Shown here: positions 1-6,865 of the stretch, piece after piece | Numbering within the stretch: position 1 is the first letter of the stretch | Layout: each line of letters begins with the position of its first letter | Origin: an uncultured virus (IMG/VR IMGVR_UViG_3300042453_001906) | Taxonomy: Duplodnaviria > Heunggongvirae > Uroviricota > Caudoviricetes | Reading direction: 5' to 3' (one strand) | Virus record (IMG/VR): IMGVR_UViG_3300042453_001906 | Length of the DNA: 20,000 nt | Notes under the pieces: model-generated | What the model was told of the DNA's origin: nothing | Seen by the model: the letters and a program-made list of their open reading frames with translations, nothing else | Database searches by the model: none | Translations under genes and position numbers: made by a program

Positions 1-1788
1 ATGAAAATGCTGCCCGAAAAGATGGCAGCAAAAATTCCTCTTGTTGGTGGAATGATAAGCCGTTCCCTTCAGAGAAGACGAGAGCAGAAAGAGGAAGAAG
101 CACAAGCCCTATCAACACTCACGGAAGAAATCTCTAGAGCGGGAAGAACTTCATTGTACGGAAGGCGTGGAGGCAGCGAGATTGGGCCGACGCTCACAAC
201 ACCCGACATGGGGATGGGGATGGGGACAGCGGAGCCACCCATACCCGGTGGAACCACGGTTGCAGAAATCACGAACACGAAGGGAGCAAAAGGCGGATTC
301 GACAAGTCTGCCGTGGTAACCCTTAAAGCGATACTGCTGAATGTTCAAGACATCAAAAAACTGTTGTTTGATCAGTATGATCCAGAAGATCAAGAACTAA
401 AAGCAGAAGAAGCCAGCCGCGAAGAAGAAAACAAGCGGATCAATGCTCTTCAAAAAATGAAGGGTTTGTTTGGTGGAAAAGGCGGTGGGGCGGGAGGGGC
501 TACTACGGGCGAAAGCGGTGGATTTATTTCCTCAATTTTGGACTTTTTTGGACTGGGAAACCTTTCCAGTATTCTTGGCTCTGCTGCGTCAACCATCGGT
601 AGTTTGGTTTCTAGCCTTGGACCAATGCTATCTGGTATTGCAACCACGCTTGGAGGTCTTGCAACCACGGTTGCTGGAGCGGTGGGATCGGTTGTTACCA
701 CTATTGGTGGTGCGGCAGCGGCTGCTGCGCCTTGGGTTGCCGCAGCAGCGGCAGGGGCTGCACTTGGTCTTGGTGCAGCATGGGTGGTAAACAAGGGTAT
801 TGACGCAGTATTTGGCACAGACCTGTCAGATCGGATGTTTGATTCCGATACATGGACTTTCGATGACGCACGGCGTGATGCTGAAAGAGAAGAACTTGGT
901 GCTAAAATAACTGCTGAACACGAGCGGCAAACCAGTACTCCAGAGTACATTCAAAGAATGTCCGAAGACCCCAGAATGTTGCCAAAACTCGTAAGCGACA
1001 AAAAGTTGACAGGCGCACAAGCACTTGAATCTCTGACAAAGTATGAAATGCAACATGGTCCCGGAGAAGACACAAAGGCAATTCGTGAAAGAATCTTGCA
1101 ACTAGACCCATCTGCAAGAAATGAGGTAATGCCAGTAGAGGGCATGAACAATGGAACCGTTGAAGGCATGGACAATGGAACCGTTGAAGGCATGGACAAT
1201 GGAACCGTTGAAGGCATGGACAATGGAACCGTTGAAGGCATGGACAATGGAACCGTTGAAGGCATGGACAATGGAACCGTTGAAGGCATGAACAATAGAA
1301 CCGTTGAAGGCATGAACAATGGAACCGTTGAAGGCATGAACAATGGAACCGTTGAAGGCACAAGGCGTGAAAGAATCTGGCGTGAAAGTATCTTGCAACT
1401 AGACCCATCTGCAAGAAATGAGGTAATGCCAGTAGAGGGCATGGACAATAGAACAGTTGAGGGCACAAGGCGTGAAAGAATCTTGCAACTAGACCCATCT
1501 GCAAGAAATGAGGTAATGCCAGTAGAGGGCATGGACAATGGAACAGTTAAAGGCACAATTGTTCCTCCGGGTGAAAAAAACATCACCCAACAAACTCTAA
1601 ACACGCTTGAACAAAGCCAAGACGCTCTTGCTGCTGAAACAATGGGCCCACCAGCACCCATAGGCATGAACACGGTCGTTGCTCCTACCACAAACAACAG
1701 CAACACCACCATCAACAACAACAGCGGAAACAGCGGTGTTCGCAACAACGACCCCACCCTGAAAGCAGCAGAACGAGCGTCCATGTAA
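1..1788 (+). CDS. Putative baseplate hub / tail-length determinant (gp29-like) protein; may extend upstream of the window
   Basis: 595-aa ORF with charged helical segments, a long Gly/Ala-rich hydrophobic stretch and a C-terminal Asn/Thr-rich tail (NTVVAPTTNNSNTTINNNSG..VRNNDPTL) resembling T4-like hub/tape-measure proteins; converges on gp32. Function is inferred. Confidence 0.55.
   Translation: MKMLPEKMAAKIPLVGGMISRSLQRRREQKEEEAQALSTLTEEISRAGRTSLYGRRGGSEIGPTLTTPDMGMGMGTAEPPIPGGTTVAEITNTKGAKGGFDKSAVVTLKAILLNVQDIKKLLFDQYDPEDQELKAEEASREEENKRINALQKMKGLFGGKGGGAGGATTGESGGFISSILDFFGLGNLSSILGSAASTIGSLVSSLGPMLSGIATTLGGLATTVAGAVGSVVTTIGGAAAAAAPWVAAAAAGAALGLGAAWVVNKGIDAVFGTDLSDRMFDSDTWTFDDARRDAEREELGAKITAEHERQTSTPEYIQRMSEDPRMLPKLVSDKKLTGAQALESLTKYEMQHGPGEDTKAIRERILQLDPSARNEVMPVEGMNNGTVEGMDNGTVEGMDNGTVEGMDNGTVEGMDNGTVEGMDNGTVEGMNNRTVEGMNNGTVEGMNNGTVEGTRRERIWRESILQLDPSARNEVMPVEGMDNRTVEGTRRERILQLDPSARNEVMPVEGMDNGTVKGTIVPPGEKNITQQTLNTLEQSQDALAAETMGPPAPIGMNTVVAPTTNNSNTTINNNSGNSGVRNNDPTLKAAERASM
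1084..1560 (+). repeat. Nested in-frame coding tandem repeat: 9 x 24 bp inside the first of 3 copies of a ~90-bp unit
   Basis: GARGGCATGRACAATRGAACCGTT (EGM[D/N]N[G/R]TV) x9 at 1138-1353; the larger unit CGTGAAAGWATCTTGCAACTAGACCCATCTGCAAGAAATGAGGTAATGCCAGTAGAGGGCATG starts at 1084, 1381 and 1471. Confidence 0.97.
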
Positions 1789-1820
1789 AAGAAAAAGGCA
1801 CACTTTCGTGTGCCTCTTTC
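1787..1820. terminator. Intrinsic terminator, probably bidirectional, between convergent genes
   Basis: 8-bp stem AGGCACAC/GTGTGCCT (1796-1815); on the minus strand the loop is GAAA and is followed by TTTTCTTTT; CTTTC follows on the plus strand. Confidence 0.85.
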
Positions 1821-1839
1821 GGTGCTGCTTTGGGTTGGC

Positions 1840-2793
1840 TCAGTCTTCGCTTGCCAACTTCTCAAAGTACGACAGAGCGTCCTCATTGTCGTCATCGGAC
1901 TGTACTGCCTGCTTCTGCTCCCGCTTTGGGGCAGGAGTGTCAGCCACCGCTGACTTCCGAACAGGTCGGGCAGGGGTTTCGTCCTCATCATCAAAAGAAG
2001 CGGCTTCTGCGCCACCCTTTGCAGCGGACTCGTTTACGGAAGCACGAATATCTCCACCGAGAACTTCATGCAACCGCGCCTTCAATTCATCGTATGACTT
2101 GAAGTTCTTGGGATCGGTGAACTCCTTGAGCGCATACTGCTTCTTCCACAGTTCCTCAAGAGCCTTGTCATCACCACCCAAGAGGGCAGACGGTTCCGCG
2201 AACTCGCTGCGGTCATAGTTCACATACCCATCCACCTGACGAATCTTCAACTTGAATTCAGCACCACCCCAAAAATCAAACGGATTCATGGGCTTCTCGT
2301 CCTGATACTCAGGGTTCATGGCACTCTGAATCTTCTCGAAAATCTTCTTGCCGTAACGGAACAGGAAAACCTTGCCTTCGTTCTCTGGGTTCTTCGGATC
2401 ACTCACGACAAGAATATTGCTGACATACGAGAGGCGACGCTTGCGGTCACGCGCCAACTTCTTGTCGTCATCGCTGCCGCTGTTCCACAACTGCGAATTC
2501 AGTTCGGAAACTGGATCCTTCAGACCAATGGTGGTAAGCGAGTTTTCGATGTACCATCCACCCGGACCGCGGAAACCGTGATTCCACACCCGTGCCCACG
2601 GCAGGTCTTCACCTTCAACCGCAGGAAGAAAACGGATGACTGCGTAGCCGTTTGAGGTCTTGTCTAGGGTAGGCTTCCAAAAACGGTCGTCCTTGTAAGA
2701 CTCTGAACGCTTGTTCAGTTTCTCCATTTCAGCCGCGAGGGACTGATACGAGGTGGGCGACTTGGAACGATTCTTCATGTCCTTGAAACTCAT
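1840..2793 (-). CDS. gp32: Single-stranded DNA-binding protein, T4 gp32 family
   Basis: Motifs DDRFWKP..DK..NGYAVIRFLP, WYIENSLTT, ENEGKVFLFRYGKKIFEKI, PFDFWGGA.FKLKI, NYD.SEF and the acidic tail DALSYFEKLA; SD AAGGAG. Confidence 0.98.
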   Translation of the reverse strand: MSFKDMKNRSKSPTSYQSLAAEMEKLNKRSESYKDDRFWKPTLDKTSNGYAVIRFLPAVEGEDLPWARVWNHGFRGPGGWYIENSLTTIGLKDPVSELNSQLWNSGSDDDKKLARDRKRRLSYVSNILVVSDPKNPENEGKVFLFRYGKKIFEKIQSAMNPEYQDEKPMNPFDFWGGAEFKLKIRQVDGYVNYDRSEFAEPSALLGGDDKALEELWKKQYALKEFTDPKNFKSYDELKARLHEVLGGDIRASVNESAAKGGAEAASFDDEDETPARPVRKSAVADTPAPKREQKQAVQSDDDNEDALSYFEKLASED

Positions 2794-2868
2794 GCGTGTC
2801 TCCTTGTACTTGATGTACCGTGTGTGTTGATGTGTGTGACGAAAAGATCAGACATCACTATGTAGGCT

Positions 2869-2896
2869 AGTATAGCCAACACATAGCAAATGTCAA
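2869..2896 (-). promoter_or_regulatory. Sigma70-type early promoter for gp32
   Basis: TTGACA-N16-TATACT on the minus strand. Confidence 0.8.
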
Positions 2897-2899
2897 GAT

Positions 2900-3136
2900 T
2901 CAAATTGGTAGTTTTGTCTTCTTGGGAAGCAGATTCAGGTCTTGCCCCTCGGCGCGAATCTTCTCAATAATTGGCTTGTTTAAGAATTTCGCTGCCACTT
3001 GTGGCTCTATGCCGTAGCGTTCGCAAACAGCGATCACCGAATCAATATACGAAACACTGTACTTTTTTGCGTGGGCTTCCACTTCTTTTGGAAACCGTAT
3101 GTTGTTTACTTCCATCGGTAGCCTTTCTTCGCTCAT
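2900..3136 (-). CDS. gp33: Late transcription co-activator, T4 gp33 family
   Basis: 78 aa with F..EVE......SYIDSVI..CE...IE....K.L.KPI.EKI..E...LNLLPK..KLPI, the pattern of cyanophage-type gp33; next to gp32. Confidence 0.9.
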   Translation of the reverse strand: MSEERLPMEVNNIRFPKEVEAHAKKYSVSYIDSVIAVCERYGIEPQVAAKFLNKPIIEKIRAEGQDLNLLPKKTKLPI

Positions 3137-3142
3137 GTGATG

Positions 3143-3149
3143 TATTTAT
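3143..3149 (-). promoter_or_regulatory. T4-type late promoter (ATAAATA)
   Basis: CATAAATACA just upstream of the gp33 start; similar (C/A)TAAATA boxes recur before other genes. Confidence 0.6.
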
Positions 3150-3211
3150 GATCGTTCACGGATTGATTGCCTGATGGTACACGCTTGCGCCGCGAAATCA
3201 AGACTCAAAAA

Positions 3212-3412
3212 TCAAGAATACTGAACCTGTCTCCGGTACTGCTTTTGCTGTCTGTCTTCTCGCTTGGCAGCGGCATACAGACCCTGCGTGAATCCGCAGT
3301 GCTTGCCGTCATCGTAGCCCCTAGTGTAGCCAATGTTGTACAGTTTCAGCAGACCCGCGACAAACGCAGCCCCTGCTCCGATAGCGTAAGAAATGAGTTC
3401 TAGTGTTTCCAT
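3212..3412 (-). CDS. Small membrane-anchored hypothetical protein
   Basis: 66 aa; N-terminal hydrophobic helix followed by GxxxG repeats (GYTRGYDDGKHCGFTQG). Confidence 0.7.
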   Translation of the reverse strand: METLELISYAIGAGAAFVAGLLKLYNIGYTRGYDDGKHCGFTQGLYAAAKREDRQQKQYRRQVQYS

Positions 3413-3455
3413 GCCCTATGTTCATCTATGCGTTTCTTGAACTGTTCCTTAACAA

Positions 3456-3527
3456 AGCCGCCTATCGGATTTGAACCGATGACCTGTTGATTACAAATCA
3501 ACTGCACTACCGCTGTGCTAAGACGGC
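3456..3527 (-). tRNA. tRNA-Thr(UGU)
   Basis: Cloverleaf: acceptor GCCGTCT/AGGCGGC, anticodon arm GTTGA-TT TGT AA-TCAAC, T-loop TTCAAAT; no encoded CCA. Confidence 0.96.
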
Positions 3528-3530
3528 GAA

Positions 3531-3612
3531 TGGGAGCGGAGGGATTCGAACCCCCGTAGCCAATGGCAGCAAATTTACAGTCTGCCCTCGTTGTCCACTT
3601 GAGTACACTCCC
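3531..3612 (-). tRNA. tRNA-Tyr(GUA)
   Basis: Acceptor GGGAGTG/CGCTCCC-A, anticodon arm GCAGA-CT GTA AA-TTTGC, long variable arm GCC-ATT-GGC, T-loop TTCGAAT. Confidence 0.96.
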
Positions 3613-3614
3613 CA

Positions 3615-3685
3615 TTCACCCGCTTGGATTCGAACCAAGACAAGGAGGACCAAAATCTCCGGTGCTACCGTTACACCACGGGTGA
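3615..3685 (-). tRNA. tRNA-Gln(UUG)
   Basis: Acceptor TCACCCG/CGGGTGA, anticodon arm GGAGA-TT TTG GT-CCTCC (A31.C39 mismatch), T-loop TTCGAAT. Confidence 0.94.
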
Positions 3686-3686
3686 A

Positions 3687-3758
3687 CTGACTCGGAAGGA
3701 TTCGAACCTTCAACCGATCCGTTAACAGCGGATTGCACTACCGTTGTGCTACGAGTCA
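3687..3758 (-). tRNA. tRNA-Asn(GUU)
   Basis: Acceptor TGACTCG/CGAGTCA-G, anticodon arm ATCCG-CT GTT AA-CGGAT, T-loop TTCGAAT. Confidence 0.96.
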
Positions 3759-3761
3759 AAA

Positions 3762-3842
3762 AGCGTAGTGAGGGGCTTGCACCCATGCTCAATCACCGTT
3801 TGCAACCAGTGATCCTAGTCAGCGTCACACACTGAACTACGC
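3762..3842 (-). ncRNA. tRNA-like small RNA with a non-canonical cloverleaf
   Basis: Perfect 7-bp acceptor-like stem GCGTAGT/ACTACGC enclosing three arms: TCAGT/GCTGA, GATCACTG/CGGTGATT (loop GTTGCAAA) and a bulged T-like arm GAG(CATG)GG-TGCAAGC-CCCTC; G.U pairs favour the minus strand; 3 nt from tRNA-Asn. Confidence 0.65.
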
Positions 3843-3850
3843 AAAAAAAG

Positions 3851-4090
3851 TGGCGGCTTTTGGATGGAGCCGCCGAACCATTCAGACGAGTGCTGTGTGC
3901 CACGGTACTCTGAGTCCACCGCTGCAAGAAGCCCAATCTTCTCTTGCATTCCGCGCATATCTTGTGTCCTTAAGGACACAAGTACCGTTGGTTTTTCCTG
4001 CGTTTGTTGGTGATCAGCCGACCGTGATCATCGGTGCAGGAGGGATAGGCGCAATTAACAATATAAGTGTCAGTTTTTACTATGGTTCAT
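3851..4090. ncRNA. Unidentified highly structured intergenic element (RNA or ssDNA)
   Basis: At least 6 stems, including a perfect 22-bp palindrome (3961-3982) and long-range pairs 3875-3881/4082-4088 and 3902-3909/3981-3988; no credible ORF. Confidence 0.55.
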
Positions 4091-4103
4091 GGTAAATCCT
4101 TAA

Positions 4104-4176
4104 TGAGCCTACGGGGATTCGAACCCCGGTCAAGGGCTTGAAAGGCCCCTATCCTAAACCGCTAGACGATAGGCCC
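4104..4176 (-). tRNA. tRNA-Glu(UUC)
   Basis: Acceptor GGGCCTA/TAGGCTC-A, anticodon arm GGGGC-CT TTC AA-GCCCT, T-loop TTCGAAT. Confidence 0.96.
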
Positions 4177-4182
4177 GTTGGT

Positions 4183-4521
4183 TCAGTACGGATAGCCGTA
4201 CTGACCGTAGTTTGGAACAACCACCGGAACTGGAACAGTGGGCAGGACAGGAGGCATTCCTCCGTAGCCGCCGCCGTAAAACGGCATACCCATGCCGCCG
4301 TACATTCCGTAACCACCGTAACCAAAGCCGTAGTCGCGGACATGGACGGACTGCTCGGAAGTACCCGTAAAGTTCGGATTGTAGTTGTATCCGTTGCTCT
4401 TGTTTTCGTAAATCTCCGTGGAACCATTCGCGTGTTTCACCGTTCGGGTGATGTTGGTCTGCGTGTAGCAGCCACACAGGAGGACGGAAGCAGAAGAAAG
4501 AACGAGCGCAGCAGAACGCAT
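4183..4521 (-). CDS. Putative lipoprotein with Gly/Tyr-rich C-terminal region
   Basis: Signal peptide ending in a lipobox-like LLCG-C; GFGYGGYGMYGGMGMPFYGGGYGG; SD GGAG. Confidence 0.8.
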   Translation of the reverse strand: MRSAALVLSSASVLLCGCYTQTNITRTVKHANGSTEIYENKSNGYNYNPNFTGTSEQSVHVRDYGFGYGGYGMYGGMGMPFYGGGYGGMPPVLPTVPVPVVVPNYGQYGYPY

Positions 4522-4540
4522 TAGAGTCTCCGTGGTTGGA

Positions 4541-4942
4541 TTAGCGAATGATGAACTGACCGTTGCACACCGGGTAGACAGGGACAGCGCACCCGCCGTA
4601 ATACGGCATCACGACTGCGGGGTAGTACGGTGCGCCGTAGCATCGCGTAAACGGCGAGTACACAGGCACACAGGGAGCAGCCCCGTATCCATAGCCGCCG
4701 TAGCCGTAGCCACCGCCGTAGCCGTAGCCACTGACGGCATTCATGCCGATGCTGCCACCGATGGAGGTGTTGCTGATGGACGCGGACTTGCCGTTCGGGC
4801 CGGTAACCGTGGTCTTGCTGTACGAGCCACCAAAGTTCACGCCGATACCACTGCCACCATAGCCGTATTGGGCATGGGCAGAAGCCGTGAACAGTGTGGA
4901 AGCGGCAAGAACGGCAGATGAAACGAGTGTCTTCAGTAGCAT
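4541..4942 (-). CDS. Putative secreted Gly/Tyr-rich protein
   Basis: Sec signal peptide with AHA-Q cleavage site; GYGYGGGYGYGGYGYG; SD GAAAGG; own promoter upstream. Confidence 0.8.
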   Translation of the reverse strand: MLLKTLVSSAVLAASTLFTASAHAQYGYGGSGIGVNFGGSYSKTTVTGPNGKSASISNTSIGGSIGMNAVSGYGYGGGYGYGGYGYGAAPCVPVYSPFTRCYGAPYYPAVVMPYYGGCAVPVYPVCNGQFIIR

Positions 4943-4963
4943 GGGTGTAAACCTTTCACCATG

Positions 4964-4991
4964 ATTGTAGCATGGTATAGATGGATGTCAA
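4964..4991 (-). promoter_or_regulatory. Sigma70-type early promoter
   Basis: TTGACA-N16-TACAAT with an extended -10 TG. Confidence 0.8.
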
Positions 4992-4995
4992 TGGG

Positions 4996-5127
4996 TCAAC
5001 GAGCGTTTCGTCTATTTGATTTGGATTTTTGAGATACTTGCCGATTGCCGTTTCTGATTTTGCTTACGGCATTTTTCAACAGGAAAGACTTCAGTTTTTC
5101 CCGAGAGGTTTGATTGTTTTTTGACAT
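4996..5127 (-). CDS. Small basic protein, 43 aa (absent from the ORF track)
   Basis: MSKNNQTSREKLKSFLLKNAVSKIRNGNRQVSQKSKSNRRNAR; SD AAGGAG; CTAAATA late box at 5140-5146; fills the intergenic gap. Confidence 0.7.
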   Translation of the reverse strand: MSKNNQTSREKLKSFLLKNAVSKIRNGNRQVSQKSKSNRRNAR

Positions 5128-5151
5128 TTGCTCCTTAACTATTTAGGAGTT

Positions 5152-6000
5152 TCAGTCAGCAAAATCCTCGTAGATTGTGATCCACTTGGGTTCTTCGCCA
5201 CGGCGGAGGTACGCAGCCTTGGCAAAATTCCACTCTTCTCGTTCTTGCATCTTGTAACCCGAGCGGTGCTTCTTGGCATAACGCTGTGCAGCGTCTTGGT
5301 CGTCAAAATACTCGTAGTTGCCTTCCGAATCCATTGCTCCGAAAAGACCACTGGAAGTCTTCCACACATCACCGGGCTTGTGCTTTTGTGCAGAAGTAGC
5401 AGACTCACCGGACTTTTCCTGTGATTCACTGCCTTGCTGTGGTTCATCCTTCACATTGAACACGAACTTGGTGTCCTTGTGTGCGCCTTTACGCAATTGA
5501 GAGAAGAACTGCACTACCTTGTGCTTTGCAAGTTCAAGGTTGTTTTGTCCTTCACCCTTCTTGAATCGCATAAGAACCTTTCCGATTCCTGCCGATTCAT
5601 TGGTTCCAATGTAGTAAAAGTCTTCGTTGTTTTTGTACATCACTGAGTGCTGCTTGTAATGCCGACCCAACTGCACAATTTCAGACTTTTTGATGTTCGG
5701 TATGAGCAAACTGAGTTCTTCAACCACGCCGCCCTCTTCTTGGTAGCCGCCGCGTAGTTCAATATATCCGTAACCCATCGAACGAACCTTCTTTTTGAGG
5801 TCGTCATGGAGTTTTTTGTTCTGCTCACGCGAATTTTCGCCACGGAAAGCGGAAACAATGCCAAAATCCTTCTCATCGTCTTCCACATACTGAAAAACGC
5901 GAGACAATTTGGCCTCAACGAGGGGCGTTTCGGTGACTTCCGAGCGAGAAATCCACTCGTTTAGTCCCTGACGATCAAGATATTGAGAGAATTTCTTCAT
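5152..6000 (-). CDS. DUF3293-like domain protein, candidate internal head protein
   Basis: Core pattern GIVSAFRG..S...N......L........GY....G.Y.E......E.S..I........LG..Y.Q.SV; N-terminus MKKFSQYL...LNE...LVE resembles the T4 capsid-targeting sequence; late box CTAAATA at 6031-6037. Confidence 0.7.
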   Translation of the reverse strand: MKKFSQYLDRQGLNEWISRSEVTETPLVEAKLSRVFQYVEDDEKDFGIVSAFRGENSREQNKKLHDDLKKKVRSMGYGYIELRGGYQEEGGVVEELSLLIPNIKKSEIVQLGRHYKQHSVMYKNNEDFYYIGTNESAGIGKVLMRFKKGEGQNNLELAKHKVVQFFSQLRKGAHKDTKFVFNVKDEPQQGSESQEKSGESATSAQKHKPGDVWKTSSGLFGAMDSEGNYEYFDDQDAAQRYAKKHRSGYKMQEREEWNFAKAAYLRRGEEPKWITIYEDFAD

Positions 6001-6418
6001 TTACAGTGATCTCCTGTCGTGGGTTCACTATATTTAGGGGAAATAGTGCGTTGCCGTGCAAAACTACCCCCTCATCGGTGGTGTACCAAATCTCCGAAAA
6101 GGCCCCGTAGCACCACGGCATACACCTTTCGCACGGTCGTGCCATCCGCATCTGCCCCAAACTGTTGAAGCGGACATTGAACAGGATCAAATCTCGCTGC
6201 GGGGAGTCCAATTTCAAAAATGCGTCCAATTCGGAGTGCATTTCTTCAAACATGTACCCCTTTTCTTTTGCCATCGGGTGAGTCTTGAACCTATTTTGAC
6301 CCACCGCAACAATTTTTCCCTTACGCAAAATCAAAGAGATGTGCTTTTTCTGTCTCCTGATGCTCAAGCACAGGGGATAAGCGTATTCCAAGAGGCGTTG
6401 AACTCGTTTTGCGTTCAT
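5975..6418 (-). CDS. Zn-dependent cytidine/deoxycytidylate deaminase family protein
   Basis: HSE (HxE) and PCERC (PCxxC) motifs, IVAVGQN, terminal IWYTT. Confidence 0.88.
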   Translation of the reverse strand: MNAKRVQRLLEYAYPLCLSIRRQKKHISLILRKGKIVAVGQNRFKTHPMAKEKGYMFEEMHSELDAFLKLDSPQRDLILFNVRFNSLGQMRMARPCERCMPWCYGAFSEIWYTTDEGVVLHGNALFPLNIVNPRQEITVNEEILSIS

Positions 6419-6426
6419 AACAGTAA

Positions 6427-6469
6427 AAGTAGCGGGGGGAGTCGAACCCCCCTAGTACCCGTGCTACCT
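6427..6469 (-). other. tRNA minihelix-like element (acceptor-like stem plus T-arm), possibly also a terminator
   Basis: AGGTAGC-(10 nt)-GGGGGG TTCGACT CCCCCC-GCTACTT; canonical T-loop, no D or anticodon arm. Confidence 0.6.
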
Positions 6470-6831
6470 CAGAAAACAGCCTTCTCCGTGCAGCAGTCCT
6501 TGGAACCGCTGTCAAGACTGTCGATGTCACGGCGAATGGTGTCATTCACCATGTCAATGTGGCGATACACCGATTCAATCTCACGCGACCGCTCGTTCGA
6601 TTCGTCACGAATAGATTCGAACGCGCTTTCAATCATGGTCTTCTGAGAGGCAAGCATGTAGAAGATGACGGTAGTGCAGAAGAATCCGTAAAACGCAAGG
6701 AAAGATTCCGCAGTGGTCAGGTTATCGCTGCCCTTCACTCCAAACCAAAGACCAGCAAAGCCCACAACGCTCACAAGAGCGTAAGCAGTGAAGATGGAAG
6801 TCTTGCTACGAGTGTTGAAATTGACAAACAT
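6469..6831 (-). CDS. Membrane protein with two TM helices and a C-terminal coiled coil
   Basis: Start moved to ATG 6831 (SD AAAGGAG); two hydrophobic helices followed by a charged helical tail. Confidence 0.8.
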   Translation of the reverse strand: MFVNFNTRSKTSIFTAYALVSVVGFAGLWFGVKGSDNLTTAESFLAFYGFFCTTVIFYMLASQKTMIESAFESIRDESNERSREIESVYRHIDMVNDTIRRDIDSLDSGSKDCCTEKAVF

Positions 6832-6865
6832 GATTTCTCCTTTGTTGGATGTAGATACACTTAAA

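Noticed and set aside
1138..1353. CRISPR array
   Set aside because: The repeats are contiguous with no unique spacers, in frame within a CDS, and there are no cas genes.
3851..4090. RNase P RNA, hammerhead/HDV-like ribozyme or group I intron identity for the structured element
   Set aside because: I could not find the conserved cores (GAGGAAAGUCC and the P4 partner; CUGAUGA/GAAA with proper stems; P7 motifs) on either strand. This was by eye only, so cmscan is still needed.
3400..4095. ORF-track ORFs over the tRNA cluster (3400-3615, 3487-3690, 3507-3713, 3850-4095)
   Set aside because: They overlap clear tRNAs or structured elements and have no RBS or protein motifs.
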